Shown piece by piece: positions 9,846 through 19,969 of a DNA stretch of 52,559 bases. The DNA is from Sandaracinaceae bacterium (GTDB lineage Bacteria > Myxococcota_A > Polyangia > Polyangiales > Sandaracinaceae): assembly GCA_044220955.1 (NCBI GenBank), contig JBGAQA010000034.1, forward strand, positions 14,446 through 67,004, in the 5' to 3' direction. A model generated the notes under the pieces. The model worked only from the letters and a program-made list of their open reading frames with translations. It did not search any database and had not been told where the DNA came from. The translations under genes were made by a program, and so were the position numbers. Every line of letters begins with the position of its first letter. The stretch's first letter is position 1.

Positions 9846-10214
9846 TCACCCGCGGGCGCTCGCCGTGGGGGGCGCGTGCGCGTGGACCTCGCGCATCTCG
9901 CGCGTGAGGAAGTAGTTGAGCAGGGTCCGGATCACCGCGATCGCGCCGAGCTTGCCGATGCGGTCCCAGGTGGGAGCCACCGCCGACGAGAGGATGTCCG
10001 AGGCGAGCTGGAACTCGAGCGCGAGCACCAGGTAGCGCGCGAGCGTCAGGCGCACCTCCGTGAAGTCCTGTGCGCCCCCCCTGGCGAGGGTGCGCCCGAG
10101 CTGCACGAGGGACACCGCGACGCCCAGACCCAGCACGAGCGCGCCCACGAGCTCGACCCCGAGGCGGAGCCACTCGATCGCAGCAGCGAGGCCCGCCTCG
10201 AGCGTCTCGAACAT
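9846..10214 (-). CDS. DUF1622-family small membrane protein
   Basis: RLTLARYLVLALEFQLASDIL...APTW..IGKLGAIAVIRTLLNYFL. Confidence 0.88.
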   Translation of the reverse strand: MFETLEAGLAAAIEWLRLGVELVGALVLGLGVAVSLVQLGRTLARGGAQDFTEVRLTLARYLVLALEFQLASDILSSAVAPTWDRIGKLGAIAVIRTLLNYFLTREMREVHAHAPPTASARG

Positions 10215-10321
10215 CTCGGCCAGAGCTATGCACGCCGCGGGGGCACACCAGCCCCGGAGCGCCCGGGAGGCTGGGTGGGACCGTCGAGCGCCCGACACGT
10301 TCGCGACGCGACGCGCAGGTT

Positions 10322-11233
10322 TCAGTCCGCCTCGCCGCGCAGCAGCGACAGGTACGTCTCGTAGCGCGTGCGCGCGATCTCCCCGCGCTCCACCGCGTCG
10401 CGCACGGCGCAGTCGGGCTCGGCGACGTGCAGGCAGTCGCGGAACGCGCAGCCCTCGGCGGCGCGCGCCAGGTCCTTGAAGCAGCCCGCGAGCTCGCGCG
10501 GCGGGATCGCGAACGAGGCGAGCTCGCGGATGCCGGGCGTGTCCACGAGGAAGCCGCCGCGCAGGGGGTGCAGGACCGCGGCGCGCGTCGTGTGCTTGCC
10601 CTTGCCCTGCTCGCCGATCTCGCCGGTGTCGATCGCGAGCGAGGGCTCGAGCGCGTTGATCAGGCTCGACTTGCCCGCGCCCGAGGGCCCGACGAGCACG
10701 GCCGTGCGGCCGGCGAGCGCCGCGCCGACGCGCTCGACGCCCTCGCCGGTGCGGATGCTCGTGCCCCACGCGTCGTGGCCGATCGCGCGGTAGCTCGCGC
10801 AGAGCGCCTCGATCGCCGCGCGGTCCTCCGCCTCGTCGAGCTTGGTCACGACGAGCGCGCTCTCGATGCGGTTCCACTCGGCGATCGCGAGGAAGCGGTC
10901 GACGAAGCGCGGCCGGAGCGGCGGACGGCTCGCGCTGACCGCGACGAGCACGAGATCCACGTTCGCCGCGATGACGTCCTCGCGCTCGCGGCCGCGCGAG
11001 AGCGGGTGGCGCCGCGAGAGGCGCGTCCGGCGCGGGAGCACCTGCTCGATCGACGCCTCGCCGCGATCGTTCGGCACGAGCTCGACCTCGTCGCCGACGA
11101 CCACGAGGTCGTTGTCCCAGCGCTCGCGCTTGAGCCGCCCGCGCAGCTTCGCGACCATCCGTCCGCGCTCCGTCTCGACCTCGAAGAAGCCGCTGCGCGC
11201 GACGTGGACGCGACCCCGCAGGAGCCCCGCCAC
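10322..11233 (-). CDS. rsgA: ribosome small subunit-dependent GTPase A
   Basis: VVGDEV OB fold, IAANVD, permuted G motifs TKLD / GPSGAGKSS / GKHTT / DTPG, and Zn finger CAFRDCLHVAEPDC. Confidence 0.95.
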   Translation of the reverse strand: MAGLLRGRVHVARSGFFEVETERGRMVAKLRGRLKRERWDNDLVVVGDEVELVPNDRGEASIEQVLPRRTRLSRRHPLSRGREREDVIAANVDLVLVAVSASRPPLRPRFVDRFLAIAEWNRIESALVVTKLDEAEDRAAIEALCASYRAIGHDAWGTSIRTGEGVERVGAALAGRTAVLVGPSGAGKSSLINALEPSLAIDTGEIGEQGKGKHTTRAAVLHPLRGGFLVDTPGIRELASFAIPPRELAGCFKDLARAAEGCAFRDCLHVAEPDCAVRDAVERGEIARTRYETYLSLLRGEAD

Positions 11234-11235
11234 GC

Positions 11236-12537
11236 TCAGCCGTTCGCCACTTCGGGTCGCGCCCAGAAGAGCATCCCCATCATCGTCGCCGTCAGCGCCG
11301 TCCCGTAGGTCGCCGCCGCCGACACGACGAGCACCGAGCCGGCGACCGCGAGCAGCGCCGGGCCGATGCCGCCGCCTGCCGCGACTGCCGCCGCGAACTG
11401 CCCCGCGGCGATCAGCACCGCGCCGCCCTGCACGAGCCCGCCGATGATCGCGATCGCGCTGACCTCGAGCGGCGCGCGCACCAGGATGCGCAGGATACGC
11501 GGCGCGTCGAGCAGCCCCGTGGCCGAGCGGTTCGCCGCCGCGAGCGCGAAGCCGATGACGCTGTAGAGCGCGAAGATCACGCCGGCGATCTGCAGCGCGA
11601 TCATGGGCACGCCGTGCGCCGCCGCCCGGGCGCTGACCCACGCGAAGAGGCCGCCGAGCACGCCCTGGACCAGGACGACGCCCAGGCCGGGGAACGCGTA
11701 CTCGGCAAGGAACCCGCCGGGAAGCGACGCCGGCATCCTCTCGCCGACCGCCGTGGCCCAGAGGCAGCGGTGCGAGACCTGCAGCGTGACGCCGACGTAC
11801 GCGGCGGTCATCACCAGCATGCCCACGATCGCCGTGAACATCCCGAGGACGAGGAAGAGCACCGCCACGCCCATGAACAGGGGCGCCATGAACAGACCCG
11901 GGAGCACCGGGCCGCGCAGCGGCACGAGGAACGCAGCCGGCAGCGCGCTCCAGAACACGCGCGGCGCGCCCTCGTCGGGCGGCGCCTCGCGCGGGACGGG
12001 CGCGGGCGGCAGGTCGCGCGGCTCGTGCGTCATCGACGGAGGCGGGCGCGAGCTGCGGCGCGGGACCGGCACGTCCTCGAGCTCGAGACCGCTCGGGCGC
12101 GAGAGCGTGCCCGTGCTCAGGTGCTCGAGCGGCGAGCGGCTCGACGCGGGCGGGGTCGTCGTCAGCGCGAAGCCGGGATCGACGGGGCTCGTCCGCGTGT
12201 CGGGGACGACCGGTAGCGAGAACGTCGGCGCCGTCGCGCGAGCATCGGTGACGGGCTCGGGCGGTGGTGGCGGCATGTGGGACGGAGGCGCGCTCTGCTC
12301 GGTCGCCGCCGAGCCGCTCGGCCGTGGCTTCACGCGCAGGCCGAGCAGCCGCAGCTCCTGCACGAGCGACTTCGCGGCGGCCTCCTCGAGATCGGCGACG
12401 AGCGTCGTCGGCGCGTGCGAGAGGAGTCGCTCCACCTGGCTCGCATCGGCGCCGAGGCGCCGCGCGACGGCGTCGACGACGCTCGCAGCGGGCTTCTCGC
12501 CGTCGAGCCCCAGCACCTGGACGTCCCAGCGCGACAT
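11236..12537 (-). CDS. membrane protein: L7/L12-CTD-like N-domain, Pro-rich linker, multi-pass C-terminus
   Basis: The first ~70 aa follow a ribosomal L7/L12 C-terminal-like pattern, then a Pro/Ser-rich linker and about 6 hydrophobic segments. Confidence 0.7.
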   Translation of the reverse strand: MSRWDVQVLGLDGEKPAASVVDAVARRLGADASQVERLLSHAPTTLVADLEEAAAKSLVQELRLLGLRVKPRPSGSAATEQSAPPSHMPPPPPEPVTDARATAPTFSLPVVPDTRTSPVDPGFALTTTPPASSRSPLEHLSTGTLSRPSGLELEDVPVPRRSSRPPPSMTHEPRDLPPAPVPREAPPDEGAPRVFWSALPAAFLVPLRGPVLPGLFMAPLFMGVAVLFLVLGMFTAIVGMLVMTAAYVGVTLQVSHRCLWATAVGERMPASLPGGFLAEYAFPGLGVVLVQGVLGGLFAWVSARAAAHGVPMIALQIAGVIFALYSVIGFALAAANRSATGLLDAPRILRILVRAPLEVSAIAIIGGLVQGGAVLIAAGQFAAAVAAGGGIGPALLAVAGSVLVVSAAATYGTALTATMMGMLFWARPEVANG

Positions 12538-12556
12538 CGCCCCCGGCCTCAGCTCG

Positions 12557-12982
12557 TCACTTCGCCGGGGCCTTCTCGAACGAGAGGCTGGCGGAGTTCA
12601 CGCAGTAGCGCAGGCCCGTCGGCCGCGGCCCGTCGGGGAAGACGTGGCCGAGGTGCGCGTCGCAGCGCGCGCACTCGATCTCGATGCGCTCCATCCCGTA
12701 AGAGCGATCGATCTTCGTCTTCACGCGATCGGTCGCCCCCTTGCCGCCCGCCGCGGCGCCCATCGCGGCGTAGAAGCTCGGCCAGCCCGTGCCGGAGTCG
12801 AACTTCGTCGTGCTCTCGAAGAGCTCGGCGCCGCAGCAGACGCAGCGGTAGACGCCCGGCTCCTCGTGGTTCCAGTACACGCCGCTGAACGCGCGCTCGG
12901 TGCCGCACTGCCGCGCGACCGCGTACTGCTCCGGCGTGAGCCGTGCGCGCCACTCCTCGTCGGACTTCGGGTCCCCGCTCAT
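12557..12982 (-). CDS. msrB: peptide-methionine (R)-S-oxide reductase
   Basis: LTPEQY, GTERAF, two Cxx[27 protein letters not shown]. Confidence 0.97.
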   Translation of the reverse strand: MSGDPKSDEEWRARLTPEQYAVARQCGTERAFSGVYWNHEEPGVYRCVCCGAELFESTTKFDSGTGWPSFYAAMGAAAGGKGATDRVKTKIDRSYGMERIEIECARCDAHLGHVFPDGPRPTGLRYCVNSASLSFEKAPAK

Positions 12983-14442
12983 GCGCGGAATCTGGCACGG
13001 CGTCGCCCGGCGATCACGCCGAGCGCCAGCACGAGAAGCCACCCGCCCCGCCCCGGGGGCGAGCCCGCCGCCACGCAGCCGCACCCGCCGCTGATGGGGC
13101 GGCCCATGACGACGCCGGTGTCGGCGGTGCTCGCGGCGTCGGCGTGGCTCGCGTCGCCCGTCACGCCCGCATCGCGCGGCACGAGCGCGGCGTCCACCGG
13201 CGCCGGGCCCGCGTCCGGTCCCTCGGTGACCTCGATGACGACCTCGATCGTCTCGTCCGTGGGCCCGCCCTGCCCGGGATCTCCGAACCACGCCACGCCC
13301 TCCTGCACCAGCCCGAAGTGCTCGTCGTACGTCCCGAGCGGCGTCCCCGGCGGCACCGCGAAGGTCCAGGCGAAGGTGTACGTCTCGCCCGGCGCGACGG
13401 TGGTGCCCGCGGGGACGCTCGCGGGTCGGTTCGGCGCGAGCCAGTCGCTCCCGACGAAGGTGTCCGCGCGATCGCGCGCGACCGTCGTCGCCAGGCGCGT
13501 GTTCTGGTCCCAGTCGGCGGTGCCGCTGTTGCGCAGCGTGATCGTCGCCGCGACGCTGGCGCCCTGCTGGATCCGCAGAGTGCCCGCGCTCGCGAGGGGG
13601 AACGACTGCATCACGTAGCGCGCGCCGTAGATCGGATGACCGCCGCCGGTGAACGCCATGAGCGACGCGAGGTCGCCGTTCCAGCGATCGCGATCGATGC
13701 TCGTGCCGGAGATACCGGGGATCGACCCTCCGACGCAGCCGGAGCAAGTGCCGTCGGAGTACTGCCAGATCTGCCAGTCGCTCCACCCGCTCGGCACCGT
13801 GACGCAGCCCGACGTGTAGCCCGAGACCCAGAGCGGCGCGCTCGGGAAGGAGCTCGCGCCGTTCAGGTAGGTGCCGCCGTCCCAGAACCAGGCGCCCGTG
13901 TAGATCATGGGCATGCGGCCGGTGGCGGCGGCGACCATGTCGACCACCTGCGTCAGCCGCGCGCTCGCCGTCGCGGGGCTCACGCAGTCCGAGTAGGACG
14001 AGACGCCACAGCCGCCGCCCGAGTGGAACGGGCACATGCACTCGACGTCGATCGTCGGCGGCAGATCGCCCGGCCCGAGCGCGCCGATCGCGTCCACGAT
14101 CGCCGCGGCCTCGGTCGCCGGGTCGATGTGCGGGCGCCAGAAGAGGTACGCGCCCCGCACCATCCCCGCGGCCTGGATGCCGTCGTAGTTCGTGTGGAAC
14201 GTCGGGTCGGAGTACGTGCCGTCACCGATGCGCGCGATCGCGAACTCGCGCCCGGAGCCGTGCACGGCGTTCCAGTCGATGGAGCCCTGGAACGAGGCCA
14301 CGTCGATCCCCTCGACGACCGTCGTGTGGCAGACGGTGAGCGCCTGCTCCGACGCGGCGATCTCCTCGGGCGAGACGTTCGCACAGGACGGAAGCGCGAG
14401 CGCCAGGATCGCGGCGGCGACGGAGATGCGCGCGTGAGACAT
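12979..14442 (-). CDS. GH25 muramidase lipoprotein with Ig-like domain and MYXO-CTERM tail
   Basis: Lipobox-like [44 protein letters not shown]1-like Ig domain (LRNSGTADW...APGET); C-terminus GGCGC-hydrophobic-RRR. Confidence 0.9.
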   Translation of the reverse strand: MSHARISVAAAILALALPSCANVSPEEIAASEQALTVCHTTVVEGIDVASFQGSIDWNAVHGSGREFAIARIGDGTYSDPTFHTNYDGIQAAGMVRGAYLFWRPHIDPATEAAAIVDAIGALGPGDLPPTIDVECMCPFHSGGGCGVSSYSDCVSPATASARLTQVVDMVAAATGRMPMIYTGAWFWDGGTYLNGASSFPSAPLWVSGYTSGCVTVPSGWSDWQIWQYSDGTCSGCVGGSIPGISGTSIDRDRWNGDLASLMAFTGGGHPIYGARYVMQSFPLASAGTLRIQQGASVAATITLRNSGTADWDQNTRLATTVARDRADTFVGSDWLAPNRPASVPAGTTVAPGETYTFAWTFAVPPGTPLGTYDEHFGLVQEGVAWFGDPGQGGPTDETIEVVIEVTEGPDAGPAPVDAALVPRDAGVTGDASHADAASTADTGVVMGRPISGGCGCVAAGSPPGRGGWLLVLALGVIAGRRRARFRA

Positions 14443-14471
14443 GAAGGAACAACGGTACGCCGGACGCCGCC

Positions 14472-15083
14472 TCAACGCGAGAGCGCCTCCTCGACCCAGT
14501 CGAGCCGGTCCTGTCCCCAGTAGAGCTCGCCGTCGACGAACATCGCCGGTACGCCGAAGACGCCGCGCTCGACGGCCCGCGTCGTGCGCGCCCGCAGCTC
14601 GTCCTTCACGGACGGCTCCTCGGTCCGCCGGACGAGCGCCTCCCCCGGCAGGCCGGCGCGCTCGAGCGCCGCGCGCACGATCGAGGGATCGGAGAAGTCC
14701 TCGCCCCGCACGTGGTAGGCCGCGAAGAGCGTGCGGATCGCGACGGTGCGCTCGGCCTCCGGCGTCGCGAGGATCGCGCGCATCGCCAGCACGCTCCGCC
14801 GAGGGTGATCGGCGCGGCGCACGAGCGGCACGCCGAAGTGCTCCGCCCAGCGGAACAGATCGCGGTCGGTGTGGCGCCGCTTGGCCTCGCTCATCGCCCT
14901 GTTCGGATCGTCCGTCTGCCCGATCGCGCGGAACACGCCTCCGAGCAGGATCGGCTCCCACCGGACCAGGGCGCCGGCCCTGTCCGCGATCGCCTCGATC
15001 TGCGTGGAGGCGAGGTACGCGTACGGGCACACGACGTCGAACGCGATCTCCACCTCCCGGCGCACGTGCCGCCCGGGGCTCAC
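14472..15083 (-). CDS. 2-hydroxychromene-2-carboxylate isomerase / kappa-GST (DsbA-like) family protein
   Basis: FDVVCPYAYL, PILLGGVF, GVFGVP, WGQDRL; GTGA overlap with the upstream TPR gene. Confidence 0.9.
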   Translation of the reverse strand: MSPGRHVRREVEIAFDVVCPYAYLASTQIEAIADRAGALVRWEPILLGGVFRAIGQTDDPNRAMSEAKRRHTDRDLFRWAEHFGVPLVRRADHPRRSVLAMRAILATPEAERTVAIRTLFAAYHVRGEDFSDPSIVRAALERAGLPGEALVRRTEEPSVKDELRARTTRAVERGVFGVPAMFVDGELYWGQDRLDWVEEALSR

Positions 15084-15562
15084 GGACGCGCCCCCGGATA
15101 GCGCGCGAGCAGGCCTTCTTCGTCCGCCGCGAGCATCAGCTTCGGGTCGCGGAGCACGGCGCGGCGCAGCCGATCCTCGGCGAGCGCGTGCTCGCCGCGG
15201 TCCGCGTAGAGCAGCGCCGCTTCGTAGAGCGGCTCGGCCCACTCCGGTGCGAGGAGGATCGCCTGCTCGAGCGCCGCGATGGCGTGTTGGTCCTGACCGA
15301 GCAGGTGCGCCGCACGCCCGAGCCCGTCCCAGGCCTGCGCGTGGTGGGGCTCCACCTTCACGATCTCCGCGAAGACGTTCGCCGCCTCCGCGTAGCGCTG
15401 CAGCTCGAAGCAGAGCTCGCCGATCACGAAGCGGTAGGCGCGCAGTCCCGGGTCGCGCGCGATGGCGTCCGCGTACGCCTGGATGGCGTCCTCGTAGCGT
15501 CCCTCGGTCTTGAGGCGCTCGGCGCGCGCGATCCGCGCCCCGGGCCCTTCCGGATCCCACAT
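15080..15562 (-). CDS. small tetratricopeptide-repeat protein
   Basis: About 4 TPR units (EGRYEDAIQAYADAIARDP; AWDGLG...AILLAP). Confidence 0.85.
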   Translation of the reverse strand: MWDPEGPGARIARAERLKTEGRYEDAIQAYADAIARDPGLRAYRFVIGELCFELQRYAEAANVFAEIVKVEPHHAQAWDGLGRAAHLLGQDQHAIAALEQAILLAPEWAEPLYEAALLYADRGEHALAEDRLRRAVLRDPKLMLAADEEGLLARYPGARP

Positions 15563-15598
15563 GCCGCCGGGAACATAGCGGCTATCCTCGGCGCTCGC

Positions 15599-16348
15599 AT
15601 GCATCGACGCGCGGACCGGCCGTGGATCTTCGGGCACCGAGGGGCCAGCGCGCGTGCGCCCGAGAACACGCTCCGCGCCTTCGCGCTCGCGCTCGACGAG
15701 GGCGCCGACGGGGTCGAGCTCGACGTCCGCGATGCGGCCGACGGCGCGGTGGTGGTGGTGCACGATCCGACGCTCGAGCGCGTGGCGAAGAGGCCGATCG
15801 TCGTGGCCGAGGCCGGCCTCCACACCCTGGCCGAGGTCGACGTGGGGGCCGGCGAGCGGCTGCCGGCGCTCGATGCTGCGATCGATCTCGTCCGGGGGCG
15901 CGATCGCCTGCTCAACGTGGAGGTGAAGGGCGACGTCCCCGACCGCCTGCGCCTGTGCCGGGCCGTGACGCGGCTCTTGCGGCGGCGCTCCGCGAAGGAC
16001 AGGGACGGGATCCTCGTCTCGAGCTTCCGCCCGGAGATGCTGGCGGCGATGCGCCTCGCGGGCGTGGGCGTGCCGATCGCGTTCCTCTTCGACGAGAAGA
16101 ACACGGGCCGCCTCCGCGCGCGTCTTCTCGCTCGCGCGCTGCGGCCCGACGGGCTGCACCCGGAGAAGGTGCTGGTCACCGAGCGGGACATCGCGCGCTG
16201 GCACCGTCGCGGCTGCTTCGTCGGGGCGTGGACGGTGGACCAGCCGGAGCAGGCGCTGAGCCTCGCGAAGGCCGGGATCGACGCGCTGATCACCAACGAT
16301 CCGCGCGGGATCGTCGCGGCCCTGGGCGAGCCTGCCCCGATCGGCTAG
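15599..16348 (+). CDS. glycerophosphodiester phosphodiesterase
   Basis: GHRGAS..APENTL.AF, VELDV, VVHD, NVEVK, SSF, WTVD, ITNDP. Confidence 0.93.
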   Translation: MHRRADRPWIFGHRGASARAPENTLRAFALALDEGADGVELDVRDAADGAVVVVHDPTLERVAKRPIVVAEAGLHTLAEVDVGAGERLPALDAAIDLVRGRDRLLNVEVKGDVPDRLRLCRAVTRLLRRRSAKDRDGILVSSFRPEMLAAMRLAGVGVPIAFLFDEKNTGRLRARLLARALRPDGLHPEKVLVTERDIARWHRRGCFVGAWTVDQPEQALSLAKAGIDALITNDPRGIVAALGEPAPIG

Positions 16349-16391
16349 GGCGGCGCCCTTTCGGGAAGGCTGCCTGGCGCGCACTCGACCG

Positions 16392-16420
16392 TTGCCTCGC
16401 GGCCCTCGCCGCACTATAGC
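16392..16420 (+). promoter_or_regulatory. candidate sigma70 promoter of infA
   Basis: TTGCCT-N17-TATAGC, with a Shine-Dalgarno GAAGGAG before GTG 16465. Confidence 0.5.
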
Positions 16421-16464
16421 CAGGCCCCGATCGCGGCCCCTGGTGCCCGAAGGAGCTTTCTCGC

Positions 16465-16731
16465 GTGGCAAGACGGAACAGGAACCGAGACGAGTACGGC
16501 GACGACGCCGAGAGCGAGCGCGACGACCACGTCCGGCTCGACGGCGTGATCACGAACGTGTTCGCCGGTGGCCAGTTCGAGGTGAAGACCGACGCGGGCG
16601 CGGTCGTGCGGGCGCAGCTCTGCGGTCGCATGCGCAAGTACCGCATCCGCGTGATCCTCGGCGACCGCGTGACCGTCGCGCTCAGCCCCTACGACCTGAC
16701 GCACGGAATGATCGTCTACCGCGCGAAGTGA
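16465..16731 (+). CDS. infA: translation initiation factor IF-1
   Basis: GRMRKYRIRVILGDRVTVALSPYDLTHGMIVYR signature. Confidence 0.93.
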   Translation: MARRNRNRDEYGDDAESERDDHVRLDGVITNVFAGGQFEVKTDAGAVVRAQLCGRMRKYRIRVILGDRVTVALSPYDLTHGMIVYRAK

Positions 16732-16737
16732 CGCTCC

Positions 16738-17469
16738 TCAGGGGCCGAGCGCGAGCTCGTAGGCGTAGACGGAAGTCCCCGTCGCGTCCGGGACGCTCAA
16801 GAGGCGAAACGCGCGCTGCACGCACGTGCGCAGCGGCGCATCGAACCCGCCGCGCTCGACGGTCGCCGCCGTCACCTGCCCGGTCCCGTCGATCGTGAAC
16901 GACACGTGCACGCTGCCCGAGTGGCTCGTCGCACGATCGACGTACCCCTCGTAGCAGAGCGCCACCGCGTGCCCGATGCTGCGGACCGCGCTGCGCAGCG
17001 ATGCGTCGCTGACGCTGCCCGAGCCGTCCACGCGCTCGCCGCGCACCACGCGCACGTGCGTCGTGAGCGTCGTGTTCGCCTCGACCTCGTGGATCGATCC
17101 GCCCGTCACCGCGACGTGGTCGGCGGCGTCGTCGGGCGTCGTGGTGTGCTCGACCGTCTCGCCCGAAGGCGGCACGAAGTCGGCGGCCTCGATGCACGCG
17201 CGCAGCTCTTCGCGGGCCTCGGCGGCCCGCTGCAGCAGGGTCTCGACGCTGAGCGCCGCGTCGCGTCGCACGCTCTCGTCGCTCGCGTGCAGGCGCGTGT
17301 CGGCTTCGTCGAGCAGGCGGGTCAGGCGCGTCAGGTGCGTGTGGTGCTCGCTGATGCAGCTCGTCAGCGTATGCACCTGCTCGACCTCGGCCGAGTGCTG
17401 GGCGGCCGCCGGCGCCGCCATGGAGAGAACGAGGAGTGCCGCGATCGCCGCCGTGCGCATGACGAACAT
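16738..17469 (-). CDS. secreted protein with AgmX/PglI-type (TonB-C-like) C-terminal domain
   Basis: Signal peptide ending AAA-Q, helical N-domain, C-terminal pattern CYE...GSVHVSFTIDGTGQV...CV. Confidence 0.78.
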   Translation of the reverse strand: MFVMRTAAIAALLVLSMAAPAAAQHSAEVEQVHTLTSCISEHHTHLTRLTRLLDEADTRLHASDESVRRDAALSVETLLQRAAEAREELRACIEAADFVPPSGETVEHTTTPDDAADHVAVTGGSIHEVEANTTLTTHVRVVRGERVDGSGSVSDASLRSAVRSIGHAVALCYEGYVDRATSHSGSVHVSFTIDGTGQVTAATVERGGFDAPLRTCVQRAFRLLSVPDATGTSVYAYELALGP

Positions 17470-17566
17470 CTTGGACGCGCCGGGAGGCCGCGTCATTCGA
17501 AAGCGCGACGCACCCTCGAAAGCGCGTCGCGCCTGCTCCGTCCGAGCTCGGGCGCTCTCGCGCGCC

Positions 17567-19792
17567 TCAGGGCGGGGCGGTCGGCACGGGGTCGTCGCCC
17601 GCGATGGCGCGTACGTCGTCGGCGACGTCGGGGGCGAGCTCGATCAGCGGCGGCGGCGGGAACGCCTCGGTGTGCACGGGCCAGCGCACGACGAGCGTCC
17701 CGTCGAACGCGGGCACGTCGACGCCGTCGAAGGCCCCGAGCAGGCACGCCCGGAGGCTGTCCGGGATGTCGCCGTCGACGCTCGCGTCCACGATCTCGCG
17801 GTCGGCGAGGACGAGGTCGAAGGCGACCTCGCGGTGCACGCGCGTGCGGCCCCCGCGGTCGTCGCGGAAGCACCGGCGCGCCGGCGGGATCACGCGGCGG
17901 CGCAGCTGATCGCGCAGCACGCGCGCCGGAAGGCTCGCCGTCCTCGTCTCGAGCGCCGCCGCGGCTTCCGTCGCACACGAGCGGCGGTGGGCGGGCGCGA
18001 TCCGCAGGCCGTGCCCCACGATGCTGCTCGCGCGTGCCGACGCGCGCGCCCGGGGTGAACCGTCGGCGGCGCAGGCGCCCGCGGCGTCGTCGAGATCGTC
18101 CGGATCGACGGCGATCAGCGCGCGCGTCTGCGAGCCCAGCGCCCCGAGGATCGCGCCGCGCGCAGCGTCGGGAGCGCGCGCGACCACGCGCGCGTCGCCG
18201 ATGGAGAGCTCGCCGCGCGTCCCCGTGCCTGCCACGAGCACGTCCTCCCCGCTTCGCAGCGGCGCGAGCGCGAGCGCGCGACCGTCGATGCGAGCGACGA
18301 TCGCAGGGGCGGGCTCGGCGAGGGCGGCCGAGACGAGCTCGGCCAGGACGTCGTCTCCACGACCGGCGGCCGCGCGGTCGGCCGCTGCCCCGGCCTGGAC
18401 GACGACTCCGCCGCTGGCCACCACGTGCTCTTCGAGCGCGCGATGGACCGGCCGGTCGGCGACGTCGATGGTGCTCACGACCACGCCGCGTGCGCGCGCC
18501 TGCTCGATCGCGGCCGTCTCGAGCACGCCCGAGGTGAGCCCGCCGTCGCCGACCACCAGGACCCGGTCTCCCGCGCGCGCATCACCCGCGATCGCCGCCC
18601 AGAGCGCCGAGAAGCGTGTCGCCGACCCGAGGGGCTCGTCCACCGCGGCCCGGACGCGCGGCAGGTCGAGCTCGGCCGGCGTCCCGCGGCCGAGGTCCGC
18701 GGTGCGCGCGGCGAACGCGATCCAGCGGACCGGGGTGCTCGCGGGGAGCATGGCGCTCACGACGCGCACGGTGTCGGCGATGCGCCCGCGTGCCCCGATC
18801 GTGGTCGAGGGCGAGGCGTCGATCGCGATGGTGATCGGCGCGGCCGAGAGGCGAGGTCTTCCACCGGTCGCGTGGAGCTGGACGCAGGGGCCCAGGGTGC
18901 ATCGGAGCAAGAAGGCCTCGGCGCGGGGGCCCCGCGAGATCGGCGCGAGCGCGGTGATCGCGTGCGCGGCCTCGGTCGGGAAGGACACGTCGCCGCGCTC
19001 GACGCCGAGGCCGTCCACCCGGGGCTCGACCAGGTCGACGGCGTCGAGCGTCAAGGTCGCTCGCGCCGCGCGGTCGTCGGTCCCGCGCGCCGGCATCGCG
19101 AGCCGCGCCACGCCGCCGTGCATCGGCACCGGCACGACCCAGGTCACGCGGAGGGTCAGGGCGCCATCGCCCGCGGTCGCGTTGCCAGGCCCGACGGGCG
19201 CCGCGCGCAGGACGAGCGCACCGTTGGCCAGGCGCGCGTGCGCGACCGGCCGCGGGCTCGGCGTGGTGCTGCGCACGAGCAGCGCGTCGTCGTAAGCGCT
19301 CTGTGGCGCGCTCGCGTCCGCCGCGACTCCGTCGCGCGCACCTGCGTCGTTCTCCACGTGCAGGGCGACGAGCGCCGCCCCCGGCGGCACCGCGAGCTCC
19401 AGCATCGCCTCCGCCCGATGCCGCGCCGTCGATCCGAGCACGATGGTCTCCGTCACCACCGCCAGGCCCCCCTCGAGCGTCATGGCGATCGCGTGCGAGC
19501 GCTCGCTCACGCCGGCGATCGCCTCGACGATCGCCCCATGGCGGATCGGCACCGGCGCCTCGACCTGCTCGATGTCCGGGTCGTCCACGACGCCCGCCAG
19601 CGAGGCGGTGTCCGCGCTCGCCAGCGGATCCGTCGACTCCTCGCTGCCGCTCCCGGTCCACGGGTCCGAGTCGATCGCGTGTCGCAGCGCGGCCGCCTCC
19701 GGGTCCGGCTCGCCCGCGTCCATGCCCGCGTCCTGGGCGCTCGCGGCGCCCACGACGAGCAGGACGAGGGCCGGGACGAGGAGCCTCACCAC
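17567..19792 (-). CDS. secreted VIT-like + vWA protein with AgmX/PglI-like C-terminus
   Basis: Signal peptide ending ASA-Q; VIT-like beta region; MIDAS-like IAIDASPS...T...VVGDG; C-terminal RRCF...RACL...VRWP. Confidence 0.72.
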   Translation of the reverse strand: MVRLLVPALVLLVVGAASAQDAGMDAGEPDPEAAALRHAIDSDPWTGSGSEESTDPLASADTASLAGVVDDPDIEQVEAPVPIRHGAIVEAIAGVSERSHAIAMTLEGGLAVVTETIVLGSTARHRAEAMLELAVPPGAALVALHVENDAGARDGVAADASAPQSAYDDALLVRSTTPSPRPVAHARLANGALVLRAAPVGPGNATAGDGALTLRVTWVVPVPMHGGVARLAMPARGTDDRAARATLTLDAVDLVEPRVDGLGVERGDVSFPTEAAHAITALAPISRGPRAEAFLLRCTLGPCVQLHATGGRPRLSAAPITIAIDASPSTTIGARGRIADTVRVVSAMLPASTPVRWIAFAARTADLGRGTPAELDLPRVRAAVDEPLGSATRFSALWAAIAGDARAGDRVLVVGDGGLTSGVLETAAIEQARARGVVVSTIDVADRPVHRALEEHVVASGGVVVQAGAAADRAAAGRGDDVLAELVSAALAEPAPAIVARIDGRALALAPLRSGEDVLVAGTGTRGELSIGDARVVARAPDAARGAILGALGSQTRALIAVDPDDLDDAAGACAADGSPRARASARASSIVGHGLRIAPAHRRSCATEAAAALETRTASLPARVLRDQLRRRVIPPARRCFRDDRGGRTRVHREVAFDLVLADREIVDASVDGDIPDSLRACLLGAFDGVDVPAFDGTLVVRWPVHTEAFPPPPLIELAPDVADDVRAIAGDDPVPTAPP

Positions 19793-19969
19793 GCTAGGGT
19801 GACATCTCGCGGGGCGTTTCGTTCCGGACGGCGACGGAAACCCGCGTCGGGGGGCAGATCGGATTCGGTGCTTCCGTAGGAAATGCCGCGCCGGTATGCT
19901 GCGTTTCTTCCACGCGGCCAAGGGAGCTGCGGCGCCGATGTTGCTGGCGTGTCCAGAGGAGGGTGCTCC

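Noticed and set aside
10322..12982. RsgA TKLD and MsrB GTGWP variants
   Set aside because: Both are common natural variants within these families.
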